A stretch of 64,000 nucleotides of DNA, from the NCBI GenBank assembly GCA_963771465.1, contig CAVYTU010000005.1:32001-96000 (forward strand). Direction: 5' to 3'. The notes under the pieces were generated by a model. That model worked only from the letters and a program-made list of their open reading frames with translations. It was not told the origin of the DNA and made no database searches. A program made the position numbers and the translations under genes. Shown in pieces: positions 1-11,207 of this stretch. This DNA is from an uncultured delta proteobacterium (GTDB taxonomy: Bacteria; Desulfobacterota; Binatia; UBA9968). The number at the start of each line of letters is the position of its first letter. Position 1 is the stretch's first letter.

Positions 1-1201
1 TTTCACGATCGGTGTGAAGCGGGGCAAGATTCGACGCGATATCACGGATAAGACTCACGCAGTCTTTGTCCAACATAGATTCGACCATAGCGGTCGCGCC
101 TTGAATTACCTCCTCAACTATTACCGGCTCGGCTAGAATCTCTACCTTGCCTGCTTCGATCTTCGCGAAATCGAGGAGACTGTCGATGAGGTTTAGCTGG
201 CGCATGGCGTTGTTGAGCAAATCTTGAAGATTTTCCGTTTGCAATGGTGAAAGCGTACCTTGGGTTTGGCGCAGAAGTAAGTGGGCGTAGCCGATGATCG
301 CGCTCAGCGGCGTGCGAAGTTCATGGTTTACGTTGGCGAGGAACCGCGATTTATGACGATTAGCGGTGTCGAGCTGCTTATAAAGCTGTCCCAGCTCATC
401 GTTCATCAGGTTGAGGTTGGCCGCTAGCGTCCCCAATTCGTCCCGGTTCAGAACCTCGACATGCTGCGAAAAATCGCCTGAAGTGATCTGCTTGAGCCGC
501 GAATTCATCTCTTTAACCGGCCCGATTAGCGACCTAGAAAACACGTAGCCGAGCAGGAGGGCCAAGCCGATGCTCCCGACGACAAACCCGATCACGACCC
601 ATCGTGAGGTTAAGTAGGCAGCGTGGCTCGTCTCGATGCTTGCCACGACGTCGGCTGCCGCTCTATTTACCAGTTGGTTCGTGAGGCGTTCCAGGCGGTC
701 TGCTAAAGGACCAGCCTGCGCGAGTTCAAGCTGCTGCGCTTCGTTAGCTTTTCCCGCGCGGATAAGCTCCACGACCCTAGTCACTACGTCGACAAACTGG
801 CCGTAGTTCTTTTCTACTTGACCGAGAAGCTCCGCCTCATCCCTGGCAACAAACTGAAGTCGATCAAGGTCGTAGCCGAACTGGTTAAGCTGGCGCAACG
901 TCGCCGTAAGCGTTTGTTCGTCCGGAAGCAAAAGAGCCGAAGCAATGTTGTAAAGCTGGGCCGTGGTGCCGTGCTGGAGTTGGCGATAGGCAGCGATTTT
1001 CCTCTCAAGCTTTGCCATCTCCTCTGCCCGGCGGTTTACTTCGCTTAACACCTTAAGGCCAACGACCCCGACCATGATGAGCAGTACGACGATGGCCAAG
1101 AAAGAGGCCAAGAGTTTGCTGTAAACCGTCGCCGGCACACGAGCGACGAGACGGGGCAGCCAACCTACTATTCTCCGGCCGTCTTTCTCAGCGTCCGTCA
1201 C
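1..1201 (-). CDS. Sensor histidine kinase (2 TM, periplasmic helical sensor, HAMP, HisKA); runs off left window edge
   Basis: Manual translation of - strand: TM LLASFLAIVVLLIMVGVVG, HAMP ...NRDELGTLAANLNLM, H-box FLANVNHELRTPLSAIIGY, KIEAGK. GTG start approximate. Absent from ORF track because it has no stop in the window. Confidence 0.9.
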   Translation of the reverse strand, partial: MTDAEKDGRRIVGWLPRLVARVPATVYSKLLASFLAIVVLLIMVGVVGLKVLSEVNRRAEEMAKLERKIAAYRQLQHGTTAQLYNIASALLLPDEQTLTATLRQLNQFGYDLDRLQFVARDEAELLGQVEKNYGQFVDVVTRVVELIRAGKANEAQQLELAQAGPLADRLERLTNQLVNRAAADVVASIETSHAAYLTSRWVVIGFVVGSIGLALLLGYVFSRSLIGPVKEMNSRLKQITSGDFSQHVEVLNRDELGTLAANLNLMNDELGQLYKQLDTANRHKSRFLANVNHELRTPLSAIIGYAHLLLRQTQGTLSPLQTENLQDLLNNAMRQLNLIDSLLDFAKIEAGKVEILAEPVIVEEVIQGATAMVESMLDKDCVSLIRDIASNLAPLHTDRE

Positions 1202-1243
1202 GTGAGGCTCTCGCGCCGAGCAAAGCTTAACCTCAGGTTTGGC

Positions 1244-1312
1244 ATTTTGGATGTTAGATTTTTCAATTTAGGTTGCCGGAAATTCAGGAACTGACACGCC
1301 AAATCCAAAATC
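1244..1312. repeat. Degenerate 7-bp periodic inverted repeat (TTTTGGA... / ...AATCCAAAAT)
   Basis: attttggatgttagattt ... aaatccaaaatc, between SCO stop and kinase start; resembles element at 63274-63384. Confidence 0.5.
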
Positions 1313-1893
1313 ATTTTACTTCGTGCAGCAAGCTCTGCAGGTCTCGCAACATCTCATCCGGATTGAACCGGACTCCCATGTACTGGACGCGCAGAATTCC
1401 CTTTTGGTCCACAAGCGAAGTCAAAAAAGTATGGTCCACATCGCCCCGGGGTCCCTTTTTGTAGTAGATCCCATAGTTCCGCGACACCTCCCGGATCTCG
1501 GCCGGCGAGCCGGTGAGAAATGCGCACCCGGCCGTGTTAGCTCGATATGCCTCAGCATAGCGCTTGAGGACCGCCGGGGTGTCACGCTCCGGATCCACAG
1601 TAATTGAAAGAAAAAATACCTGAGGACCGAGCATGGCCGAGTCGGTTCTGGATACCGGCCATCTCGGCCGTCAGCAGCGGACAAGTGTCCGTGCAGCTTG
1701 CAAAGATGAACATGATGGCAAGCACCTTGCCGCGCAGTTCCTTCAGAGTAAGCCGCTTACCATCTTCCGTGGTGAGCGTGAACTGGGGTGCCAGCTTGAT
1801 CTTTGACAGAGTTTCGCCAGCGGCAGTGCACATTGCCGCGCCAAAAAAGAAAACAATCACCAAGGTGGCAAGAATCTTGGTACATCGGTTCAT
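1311..1893 (-). CDS. SCO1/SenC family copper chaperone (frameshift ~1635)
   Basis: Signal/TM, CTDTCP (CxxxC), ITVDPERDT, VDHT; split between ORFs 1582-1998 and 1311-1634. Confidence 0.9.
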
Positions 1894-2071
1894 TGCCACA
1901 GCTGACACCTGAAACCTCATAACTAGCAAGTTCTCAGAGTCCTCCGACGGGCGCTGCTCAGAGCCTGCACTGAGTTTACCGAAGTGACGAACGGACAAGA
2001 ATTGATATCATTGCTGATTCTCCGTTCATGCCGAGGTTCTCGAAGCATTCCGAATTGTTTTCAGGAACCTG

Positions 2072-3100
2072 CTACACCTTCAGCTCTTTCTTCAGCTCCC
2101 TAATAAACCGCCAGTCCGTGCCCTGCGCAATGATCTTCTGCGGGCTCGACTTGATCATGCCAATCTCGTGCAATTGTAGCGAGTAGAACCGTATCGTGTC
2201 CGCTGGATCGTATTCTCGCCAATGCCCGTAGCACATCGCCATCTCATTCATAGTTTGAAGAGCGTACTTGAAGTTTGCCGTGTAGCCTTTGTCGACGAGA
2301 AACCGAGCGACTCGCTCCGGTTCGCGGGCGCAGATGTCGGCTGCTTTCATAAACGCGCGCAATGCCCGTTTGGTAGCGCCAGGGTACCGTTTAACAAAAC
2401 TTTTGTTTGCGGTAACCATGCAGCAGAAGTAGTGAGACCACGGGCGATCGACCATACTGTTGAGAATGACGTGACCAATCTTCTTTTCCCGTAGTTCTTG
2501 TGGCTCCGGCGGAAAACCAAGCAGAGCGTCGATCTTACCTGCAGCGAGAAGTCGTATTGCCTCAGCGCCAGGATGGACAACCCAATTGATGTCTTTAGTG
2601 GGGTTTAAACCGACGTAGGCTAGTATCGTGGAAAGAAAAATATGCTGGCTCGATCCCATCTCGATTACCGCCACGGTCTTGCCTTTGAGGTCGCGGACCG
2701 CGCGGACTCGATTGGTACCAAAGAGTTCAAAGCATCCCACGTGGGCCCCAGCCAACATTACGATTGGATCCCCAGCGTCTATTCGGATGATATTCGGGGC
2801 AGCGAAGTGGAAGCCAATATCGATCTCGCCAGCGGCCAGTGCCGTCTCAATGTCTCTGGTCCCCGGTATCTTGGGGTACTGCACATCAGTAAAGCCCTCA
2901 GCCCGCAAGATTTCTTCCGCGAGGTACTGCGGAGCCGAGCAAATGCCAGGCTTCTGGTATAGCCTCACCCTAGTGGTCTCCGGCGGTGGCTCAGCGGCCA
3001 GCGAGTCGCGGTGTAGCCCGAAGAGAGCCGCAGTTCCTGCAAGAGTCGCCCCTTTTAGAAACGCCCTCCGATTCCAGCCTTGAGATCGTTGACCACTCAT
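2072..3100 (-). CDS. NMT1/SsuA-like ABC substrate-binding protein, Tat signal
   Basis: NRRAFLKG twin-arginine signal; DLKGKTVAV motif. Confidence 0.9.
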   Translation of the reverse strand: MSGQRSQGWNRRAFLKGATLAGTAALFGLHRDSLAAEPPPETTRVRLYQKPGICSAPQYLAEEILRAEGFTDVQYPKIPGTRDIETALAAGEIDIGFHFAAPNIIRIDAGDPIVMLAGAHVGCFELFGTNRVRAVRDLKGKTVAVIEMGSSQHIFLSTILAYVGLNPTKDINWVVHPGAEAIRLLAAGKIDALLGFPPEPQELREKKIGHVILNSMVDRPWSHYFCCMVTANKSFVKRYPGATKRALRAFMKAADICAREPERVARFLVDKGYTANFKYALQTMNEMAMCYGHWREYDPADTIRFYSLQLHEIGMIKSSPQKIIAQGTDWRFIRELKKELKV

Positions 3101-3338
3101 AACAACCTCCCTCCAATCAGTCTCTCGTTGATCGGACCCGCCAAGCCCAGGTCGCGCACTGTGTCTAAGCTAGCTGTCAATCCGTTGTTCATCTCCAATC
3201 GAAAGCGAGTATAACCTTGACTGAACCGCAAAATAGATGCCGCCCTAACGTTTGCTAAGACTGATTGCAGAAAACGTGGATTAGCGAATAAATTTCTTAC
3301 GCCATGATCGATCTGATCCACGACTGTAGAAACAAGAG

Positions 3339-3377
3339 GGTGTCTTTTTACACACCCATGGTGTCGAAAAAAACACC
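3339..3377. promoter_or_regulatory. Tandem palindromes GGTGT-N8-ACACC x2, putative enhancer (bEBP) sites
   Basis: GGTGTctttttacACACC (3339-3356) and GGTGTcgaaaaaaACACC (3360-3377), ~77 bp upstream of the sigma54 motif. Confidence 0.7.
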
Positions 3378-3453
3378 GTCTTAATCGTCCAACGCGCACT
3401 TCTTTATCAGCTCTCTGCAATCAACTCAATCACTTAGCCTACCCGCATTACGC

Positions 3454-3469
3454 TGGCACTACGGTTGCT
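3454..3469 (+). promoter_or_regulatory. sigma54 -24/-12 promoter
   Basis: TGGCACTACGGTTGCT: GG-N10-GC; IHF-like ACTCAATCACTTA just upstream; conserved in the duplicate. Confidence 0.85.
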
Positions 3470-3484
3470 CATGGGCTCACCGCA

Positions 3485-4648
3485 ATGATGACTCAGAACG
3501 CACCGCAACCAGAGAAAACAGCTGACCTGCGCAGCGTACACACCTCGAATCTGCCCGAGCTATTTGACCAGCTTGGGAATCAGTCTGATCGTTTCCACTT
3601 ATCAAGCGGGCAAGGCTATCGTTGTGCGCAACGATAACGGCACGCTTAACACTCACTTCCGAACATTCGCTAAGCCGATGGGTATCGTCGCCGACAACAA
3701 TCGGTCTGACGATCGGCGGCGCCAACACCGTCTGGGAGTATCGCAACATGCCGGCGGTGGCGAAAAAACTGGAGCCGGCAGGAAAACACGACGCCTGCTA
3801 TCTGCCGCGCCGAATTCATGTCACCGGCGACATCGACATCCACGAGCTTGCGCTGGGACGGCAACAACGAGCTTTGGGTGGTCAATACGCGCTTTTGCTG
3901 TCTCTGCACGCTCGACGCCGATCATAGTTTCTATCCGCGCTGGCGCCCGCCGTTTGTCAGCGCGTTGGCCCCCGAAGACCGCTGCCATCTCAATGGCCTG
4001 GCCATGGTCGATGGCCGTCCTAAATACGTCACCGCGTTGGGCGAAACCGATACGCTTGCCGGTTGGCGCGCCAACAAAGCCAAGGGCGGCGTGCTTATAG
4101 ACGTAGAGAGAAATCAAGTCTTGCTCCGCGGACTGTCCATGCCGCACTCGCCGCGCTGGCACCAGGGCAAACTCTGGCTGCTCGAATCCGGCGAAGGAAG
4201 CTTGGCGCAGGTCGATCTTGAGCGGCGGACCTGGCGCACCGTCGCGCAGGTTCCCGGTTTCACGCGGGGCATCGACTTCGTCGGACCGTTGGCTTTCATC
4301 GGCCTGTCGCAGGTGCGCGAGAGCGCCGTCTTCAGCGGCATTCCGTTGGTCGAGCGCGTGAGCGAGCGCACCTGCGGCGTATGGGTGGTCAACATCGAAA
4401 CCGGTCAGACCGTCGGCTTCCTGCGATTCGAAGCCGGCGTGCAAGAGATCTTCGCCGTTCAGATACTGCGCGGTATGCGCTTCCCCGAATTGCTGGAATG
4501 GAACGATCAGCGCCTCGCCCAATCCTACGTGTTACCGGACGAAGCACTGGCCGACGTGGTCGTGGCCACCGAGGGCACAGAAGTCCCTAAACTCTCGAAA
4601 AATCGATTGGAATCTCGAAATCCGAAACAAATCCAAATAAACCAATAG
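3485..4648 (+). CDS. TIGR03032/DUF4915 family protein, copy 1 (several frameshifts)
   Basis: STYQAGK, TGDIDIHE, VNTRFCCLCTL, PEDRCHLNGLAM, GLSMPHSPRW, PGFTRG, GLSQVRE across ORFs 3564-4100, 3622-3927, 3818-4648. Confidence 0.9.
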
Positions 4649-4697
4649 AACAAATTTCAAAACTAGCTCATTGATCAAAGATGGGAAAGGACAAGCG

Positions 4698-6879
4698 ATG
4701 AAATACTTCGATCTCTATGCGTCGTATCCTGACTCATACCATCGCCGCCGCCTGGGACTCTCAGGTCAAAGAAGCGGACAAGACTTCGTGGCTTGCCGAG
4801 CACTTTAGCCACGCGTGAGAGCGAGCTGTTTGCGCGCTTCGCAGCGTGTTACGCGGAGCTGCGCGCCTTGCCCCGCAGCGCGCGGCGCACTCTCCAGCGA
4901 CGAATCGCGCGCTCCAGCGAGCTGGCCGCGATCTTGCCGGAATACTTACAGCAGGGTGGACGACGACTACAGCATAGGATGGCTTGGTCGTTGGCCGGCG
5001 CCGCTTTATTGCTGGCGCTGGGGCAAGGAGTGGCGACGGCGGCCACGATCACTGTCACGACAAACAATCCTAACATCATAGCCGATGGCCAGTGTTCGCT
5101 GATCGAAGCGATCGTCAACGCCAACAACGATGCAGCGACTCACACCGACTGCCCGGCGGGCAGCGGAGCGGACACGATCGTGCTGCCGGCAAATGCCAAC
5201 GTGATACTCAGTACGTTAGTAGACAATAGCGCCCTCGGCCCTACGGGTCTGCCGCTGATTACCAGTCAGATCATGATTGAAGGCAACGGCGCCACGATTG
5301 CTCGCCAAGGGAACGCACCCGCCTTCGGTCTCATGGCCGTGAGAGACCCGGGGATCTGACGCTTCAGAATGTGACTCTGAGCGGAGGATCTTCTTCCGGA
5401 GTTGGTGGTGGCGTATTGAACGGAGGATACTCGGCATCAAAGACAGCATCATCTCAATACCGCATTCTGGGGCGGGAACCCTCACAATTGAGAACAGTAC
5501 CATCTCTGGTAATACGGCCAATGCTGGCGGCGGCGTATTCATGTCCTACGGCACTGTCACGATCAAGAACAGCACCATCTCGAACAATGCCGCGATTGAC
5601 GGCGGTGGCGTTTATAAGACCTGGCTCCTACGGATTCGGTGGCGGCAGACTTACGATTAACAACAGCACTGTCTCAGGCAATGGCGCCACTAACAACGGT
5701 GGTGGAATAGCTTCGTATAGTGTCACGATCAATAACAGTACTATCTCAGGCAATACTGCTATTAACAGCGGTGGCGGTGTATATAACTCGCTGTATTGCT
5801 TTTATTGCAGCAACGGCGGTGTCCTCACCCTCAACGATAGCTTGATCGCTGGCAACCAGGCGACCGTTGGAGCCGAAATAGCAAATATTAACGGTAGTCT
5901 CGTCGACGCCAACAACTTCAACCTATTTGGGACTAATGGCAATGCGGGTGTCAGCGGCTTTACACCCGGGCCGACCGATATCGTGCCCGGCGTTTCGCTA
6001 GCGCAAATCCTGGGTCCCCTGCAAGACAACGGTGGTCCGACCCAGACCCACGCGCTGGTCGCCGGCAGTCCAGCGATCGATGCGGGCGATCCTAGCGGCT
6101 GCCGGGATAGCCTGGGTGCGATTCTCACAATCGACCAGCGGGGCTTTGCTCGTCAGTTTGACGGCGATCACAACGGCACGAGCCGATGCGATATCGGGGC
6201 CTATGAGCTTGGCAGCATACTCGTTGCGAGCAGCGAAACTTTCGTTCGTCAGCAGTATTTGGATTTTTTGGATCGCGACCCGGAATCCGCAGGCCTTTCC
6301 GGTTGGGTGAATGCCCTCGACGCCGGATTGCCGAGAGCGAGCTTGATTGAGAGATTTATGGATTCCGGAGAATTCTTTTTCAAGGGCAAATTCATTGCCC
6401 AAATTTACCTAGGACTTTTAACCCGGGATGCTGACTTTAGTGGCTTTCGTGGTTGGCTAGAAGTCTTGCTGACTGGAGTATCGCATGAACAAATCGTGGA
6501 GTGGTTTTTAGATTCCGCCGAATTCACCAATAGATTCGGCAGCAGTCTAACCAACAGCCAGTTTATCGAGCGGATGTACAATAACGTGTTGCTACGTTCA
6601 ACGGCCCCCGGGGAGCTTAATTTTTGGGTTGAGCAATTAACCACCGGACAGCTGACAAGGGCACAGGTGGCGCTGGGTATCTTAGACTCGGATGAATTTC
6701 AAAATCTTGGTGCGAGTCAGAATCGGGTGGATATCTCGCTGTTGTATTTTGACATGTTGCGTCGGGACCCTGACCCAGGGGGCTTTTCTGGTTGGGTTGG
6801 AGTATTGAACTCCGGAGTGCCGCTCATATCCGTGATTGATGGATTTTTGAACTCTACTGAATATCAGACCGGGTTCTAG
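4698..6879 (+). CDS. Secreted surface protein: extended leader + CSLREA-like N-term + beta-helix repeats + choice-of-anchor-Q-like region + 3x DUF4214 (frameshifted)
   Basis: CSLIEAIVNAN; NSTISGN repeats; LGPLQDNGGPTQTHALVAGSPAIDAG...DQRG...CDIGAYE; FVRQQYLDFLDRDP...GW...SxEF repeats. Confidence 0.85.
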
Positions 6880-7019
6880 TGCGCCGACTGCCTTTTTGGA
6901 GTATTCAATCTGCAGGGGATTTGTAAATTTGCGCCTAAGCAAGATCGTGGTCAGTAAAGCATTTCTGTCGGCACATAGAAGACCCTGGGGGCAAAGCGTA
7001 CGACCGGAGTTGCTCGATC

Positions 7020-7450
7020 TTAAAAGCGGTGAGCGACGCCGTCGAGAGATTGAACTTCAATGAAACGCATCTCGAAGATCAAGTGGCGGCGTTGCAGTTT
7101 TTGCAGGCGCTCCGATATGTGGACAAAAACCTAACCGGCAGTCATGGGTTTTTCACTCGGTGGAATCCAGACGATGCTTGCCGTTGAGTACGGTCCGGGA
7201 TATCGCGTAGCGGTGAACTGCTCGGGGGCTGCTGAGACATGGAGAAGGTCTTCGTTTTTGCGCGAACGCCTCCTCACAACTGCTACAAGCAAAGCAAAAA
7301 TGCTTGTGTTTTTCTGCAGGCGGAAAACGAGCATAACCTGACACCTAACGCGTCTTGAGCGAGGAAGTTCGCAAAGCCGATCAACCCGTTAAAGCGAAAG
7401 TGTATCCGCCTTCGGCACTGGCCCCCGCGACGGACACAGTTTCTGCACGC
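7020..7450 (+). pseudogene. Dienelactone hydrolase / alpha-beta hydrolase remnant
   Basis: HLEDQVAALQFL..., GFSLGG nucleophile elbow, ...KVYPP; no N-terminus, broken frames. Confidence 0.6.
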
Positions 7451-7678
7451 GCGGCAGTAAGACTTAGGGCGCCAACGTTCTTCGATTCATCGAAACATAT
7501 CTGCAATAGCCGCGCCTTTACCGGTTCACGGATCGGGCTGGATCAAACTCTCTTGCCTTTATACTCTGACAATTTCGTTGAGCCCGATTTTTTCTCATCA
7601 CACCAATAACTTAATCCGATTCATTTGCGTCGGCGTAAAGCTCACCTTGGCGATACCGTTTGTGTTCCAAAGAAACGC

Positions 7679-7718
7679 GGTGGCTTTTATAGACACCAGG
7701 GGTGGCGAATGAACCACC
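7679..7718. promoter_or_regulatory. Tandem palindromes, putative enhancer sites (copy 2)
   Basis: GGTGGcttttatagACACC (7679-7697) and GGTGGcgaatgaaCCACC (7701-7718). Confidence 0.7.
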
Positions 7719-7796
7719 GTCGTTAAAGGTCCAGCAAACATCTATACTTGTTCTGCTCTCATCAACTCAAATGACTTAGCTCGATCTCTTTTCCGC

Positions 7797-7812
7797 TGGC
7801 ATTGCGGTTGCT
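7797..7812 (+). promoter_or_regulatory. sigma54 -24/-12 promoter (copy 2)
   Basis: TGGCATTGCGGTTGCT: GG-N10-GC, same spacing to ATG as copy 1. Confidence 0.85.
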
Positions 7813-7827
7813 CATTGCATCGCAGTA

Positions 7828-8990
7828 ATGATCACCCAAACCGCACCGCAATCGGAAAACACGGCTGACCTGCGCAGCGTACACACCTCGAATCTGCCCG
7901 CGCTATTCGACCATCTGGGGATCAGCCTGATCGTTTCCACTTATCAGGCGGGCAAAGCCATCGTCGTACGCAACGACGACGGCACGCTCAACACTCACTT
8001 CCGCACCTTCGCCAAGCCCATGGGCATCGCCGTCGACGACACCCGCCTGACCATCGGCGGCGCCAACACCGTCTGGGAGTACCGCAACATCCCGGCCGTG
8101 GCCCGCAAACTGGAGCCGGCCGGAAAGCACGACGCCTGCTATCTGCCGCGCCGCATTCACGTCACCGGCGACATCGACATCCATGAGCTGGCCTGGGACG
8201 GCAACACGAGCTCTGGGTGGTCAACACCCGCTTCAGCTGTCTGTGCACACTCGACGCCGACCACAGCTTCTATCCGCGCTGGCGGCCGCCGTTCGTCACC
8301 GCCCTGGCGCCGGAAGACCGCTGTCATCTTGAATGGCCTGGCCATGGTCGACGGCCGCCCCAAGTACGTCACCGCGCTGGGCGACACCGACACGCCCGGC
8401 GGCTGGCGCGCCAACAAAGCCAACGGCGGCGTGCTGATGGACGTAGAGCCGCAATGCAATCCTGCTCCGCGGCCTCTCCATGCCGCACTCGCCGCGCTGG
8501 TACCAGGGCAAACTCTGGCTCTGGAATCCGGCGAAGGAAGCTGGCTCAGGTCGATCTCGGCGCGGCACCTGGCAGACCGTCGCCCAGCTCCGGTTTCACG
8601 CGGGGCATCGACTTCGTCGGACCGCTGGCCTTCATCGGCCTCTCCCAGGTGCGCGAGAGCGCCGTGTTCAGCGGCATTCCGTTGGTCGAGCGGCTGAAGG
8701 AGCGCACCTGTGGCGTCTGGGTGGTCAACATCGAGACCGGCTCAGACCGTCGGCTTCCTGCGCTTCGAGGCGGGGTGCAAGAGATCTTCGCCGTGCAGGT
8801 GCTGCCCGGCATGCGCTTCCCCGAATTGCTGGAATGGAACGATGAGCGGCTCGCCCATTCCTACGTGCTACCGGACGAAGCATTGGCCGACGTGGTCTTA
8901 CCCACCGAGCCAAACCAGTTGCCATCTGCTGCCTCGATAAAGCGACTAGCGGAAGCATCGAGTAACGGAAAACTCGAAACCATGTCCTGA
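7828..8990 (+). CDS. TIGR03032/DUF4915 family protein, copy 2 (heavily frameshifted; error or pseudogene)
   Basis: Same motifs as copy 1 spread over ORFs 7828-8697, 8217-8990, 8480-8845, 8710-8940. Confidence 0.85.
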
Positions 8991-9112
8991 GCGAAGCCGA
9001 AGGATCGAAAACCGAAATTCGAAACAAATCCAAATGATCGAAATAGCACAAAGTTCCAAACAAGCTCGGTTCGGATTTTGATTAACCTGAAACCCGAAAC
9101 CAGACACCTGAA
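8970..9112. repeat. A-rich periodic repeat (CGAAA.. units) with embedded REP-like CCTGAGCGAAGCCGAAGG
   Basis: tcgaaaaccgaaattcgaaacaaatccaaatgatcgaaa; similar to 4612-4665 in copy 1. Confidence 0.5.
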
Positions 9113-9130
9113 GCCGGCAAAGGAGATGCT

Positions 9131-11207
9131 ATGAACTACTTCGATCTATATTCGTCGTATCCCGATCACACCATCGCCGCTGCCTGGGACTCTCAGGTCA
9201 AAGAAGCAGACAAAAATCCATGGCTCAGCGAGGCACTAAAGCAATATGGCGATGAGCTGTTTGCGCGCTTTGCCGCATGTTACGCCGACCTGCGCGCCTT
9301 GCCTCGCGGCGCACGGCGCAGCCTTCAGCGACGAATTGCACGCTCCGGGAAATTGGCCGCGATCTTGCCCGAATACTTTCAGCAGGGTGGGCGACGATTA
9401 CAGCATAAGATGGCTTGGTCGCTTGCCGGTGCCGCTTTACTATTGGCACTCGGACGAGGAGTGGGAGCGGCGGCTACAATCACAGTTACGACGAGCAATC
9501 CGAACATCGCAGCCGATGGCCAGTGTTCGCTCATAGAGGCAATTGTTAACGCCAATAACGACGCCGCGACTCATGCCGACTGCCCGGCAGGCAGTGGAGC
9601 AGACACAGTTGTTCTACCGGCCAACGCCAACATGATGCTCAATACCGTGCACGGTTTTAGCGACACAGCTGCGCCTCCAGGTTTAGGTTCGGCTATTGGT
9701 CTTCCTGAGATTAGCAGTCGGATCACCATCGAAGGTAACGGCTCTACGATTGCGCGCCAAGCGGGCGCACCCGACTTCGGTCTCATAGCTGTGAAGGGTC
9801 TTTTCCCGGGCGGTACGCACGGGGATCTGACGCTTCAGAACGTGACACTAAGCGGAGGATCTCGGTTCGGGGGCGTGCAAAATAGAGGGGCGCTCACCAT
9901 TAAAAACAGCACCATCTCAGGCAATACCGGTGCGGGCGTATTTAACAATCCCGGCAGCTTGATCGTCGTCAATAGCACGATCTCAGGTAATACGAGGCGC
10001 GGGTTAGATAACTTTTACGGTAGGATCACAGTCCAAAATAGCACCATCTCAGGCAATACCGGCGGTGGTATATTTAACTACGGGTCGGGCGGCTTCTACG
10101 GCTCAGTCCTTACCCTCACGAATAGCGTGGTCACCGGCAACCAGGGGACCGCTCCGTCCGAAATTAAAAACGTGGGAAGTTACGTCTACGCTGACCACTT
10201 CAATTTGTTCGGGGCAAATGGCAACGCCGGTGTCAGCGGCTTTACACCGGGCGCTACCGATATCGTGCCTAGTGTTTCCGTAGCCCAGATCCTGGGTCCC
10301 TTACAAAACAACGAGGGTCCGACCCAGACTCACGCTCTAGTCGCCGGCAGCCCAGCCATCGATGCGGGCGACCCTGGCGGCTGCCGGGAAAATCCGCCTT
10401 TGACCGGGTGGGGCGGCATAATTCACGATCCTGCCGGCAATTCAGCGGCGCTGCTTTTAAGAGACCAGCGGGGTTTTGCCCGACCGGCTGACGGCAATCA
10501 CGACGGCACGGCCAGATGCGACATCGGTGCCTATGAAGCTAATGCCGTCATCGACAACAACGCGACTTTCGTGTTTCAGCAGTATATCGATTTTTTGGAT
10601 CGGGAGCCCGGAGCTGGGGGAGTTTCTGCCTGGGTGAGTGCGTTGGACAGCGGCTTGTCGAGGGCCGATCTTGATTGAAGCGTTCATGAATTCCGAAGAA
10701 TTCCGCTTTGAGGGAAAGTTCATTACCCAGACTTACTTAGGGATTTTGACTCGGGATGCTGATTACGCTGGATTTCGGGGTTGGTTGGGGGCCTTGCTCG
10801 TCGGGGTATCACGGGAGCAGATCGTGCAGGCGTTTTTGGACTCGGGTGAATTTCAATCCGGGTTTGGCAGCAATCTAACCAACGGGCAGTTTGTCGAGAG
10901 GATGTACAATAACATCTTGCTGCGGTCATCCGATCCCGGGGGATTTAATGCCTGGGTTGGGGCACTAAACAACGGGCAATTGACTAAGGCTCAGGTGGCG
11001 TTGGGTTTCTTGGATTCGGGAGAGTTTCAGGGGCTGTTTTTAAGTCAGAACCGAGTGGACATCTCGCTTTTGTATTTTGACATGTTGCAGCGGGACCCGG
11101 ATGCTGGAGGGTTTTCTGGTTGGGTTGGAGTATTGAGCTCAGGGGTGCCGCTCACATCCGTGATTGATGGATTTCTAAACTCCCCCGAATATCGAGCCGG
11201 GTTCTAG
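9131..11207 (+). CDS. Secreted surface protein paralog: extended leader + CSLREA-like + beta-helix + choice-of-anchor-Q-like + 3x DUF4214 (frameshift ~10670)
   Basis: ORFs 9131-10678 and 10638-11207; SD AAGGAG; same motifs as 4698-6879. Confidence 0.9.

Larger units (their letters stand above)
3330..6954 (+). repeat. Tandem duplication copy 1 (promoter region + TIGR03032 + surface protein + ~75 bp tail)
   Basis: Collinear with 7670-11285, including the tail gcgccgactgcctttt...ctgcaggggatttgtaaatttgcg...aagcaagatc.tggtcag. Confidence 0.9.
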
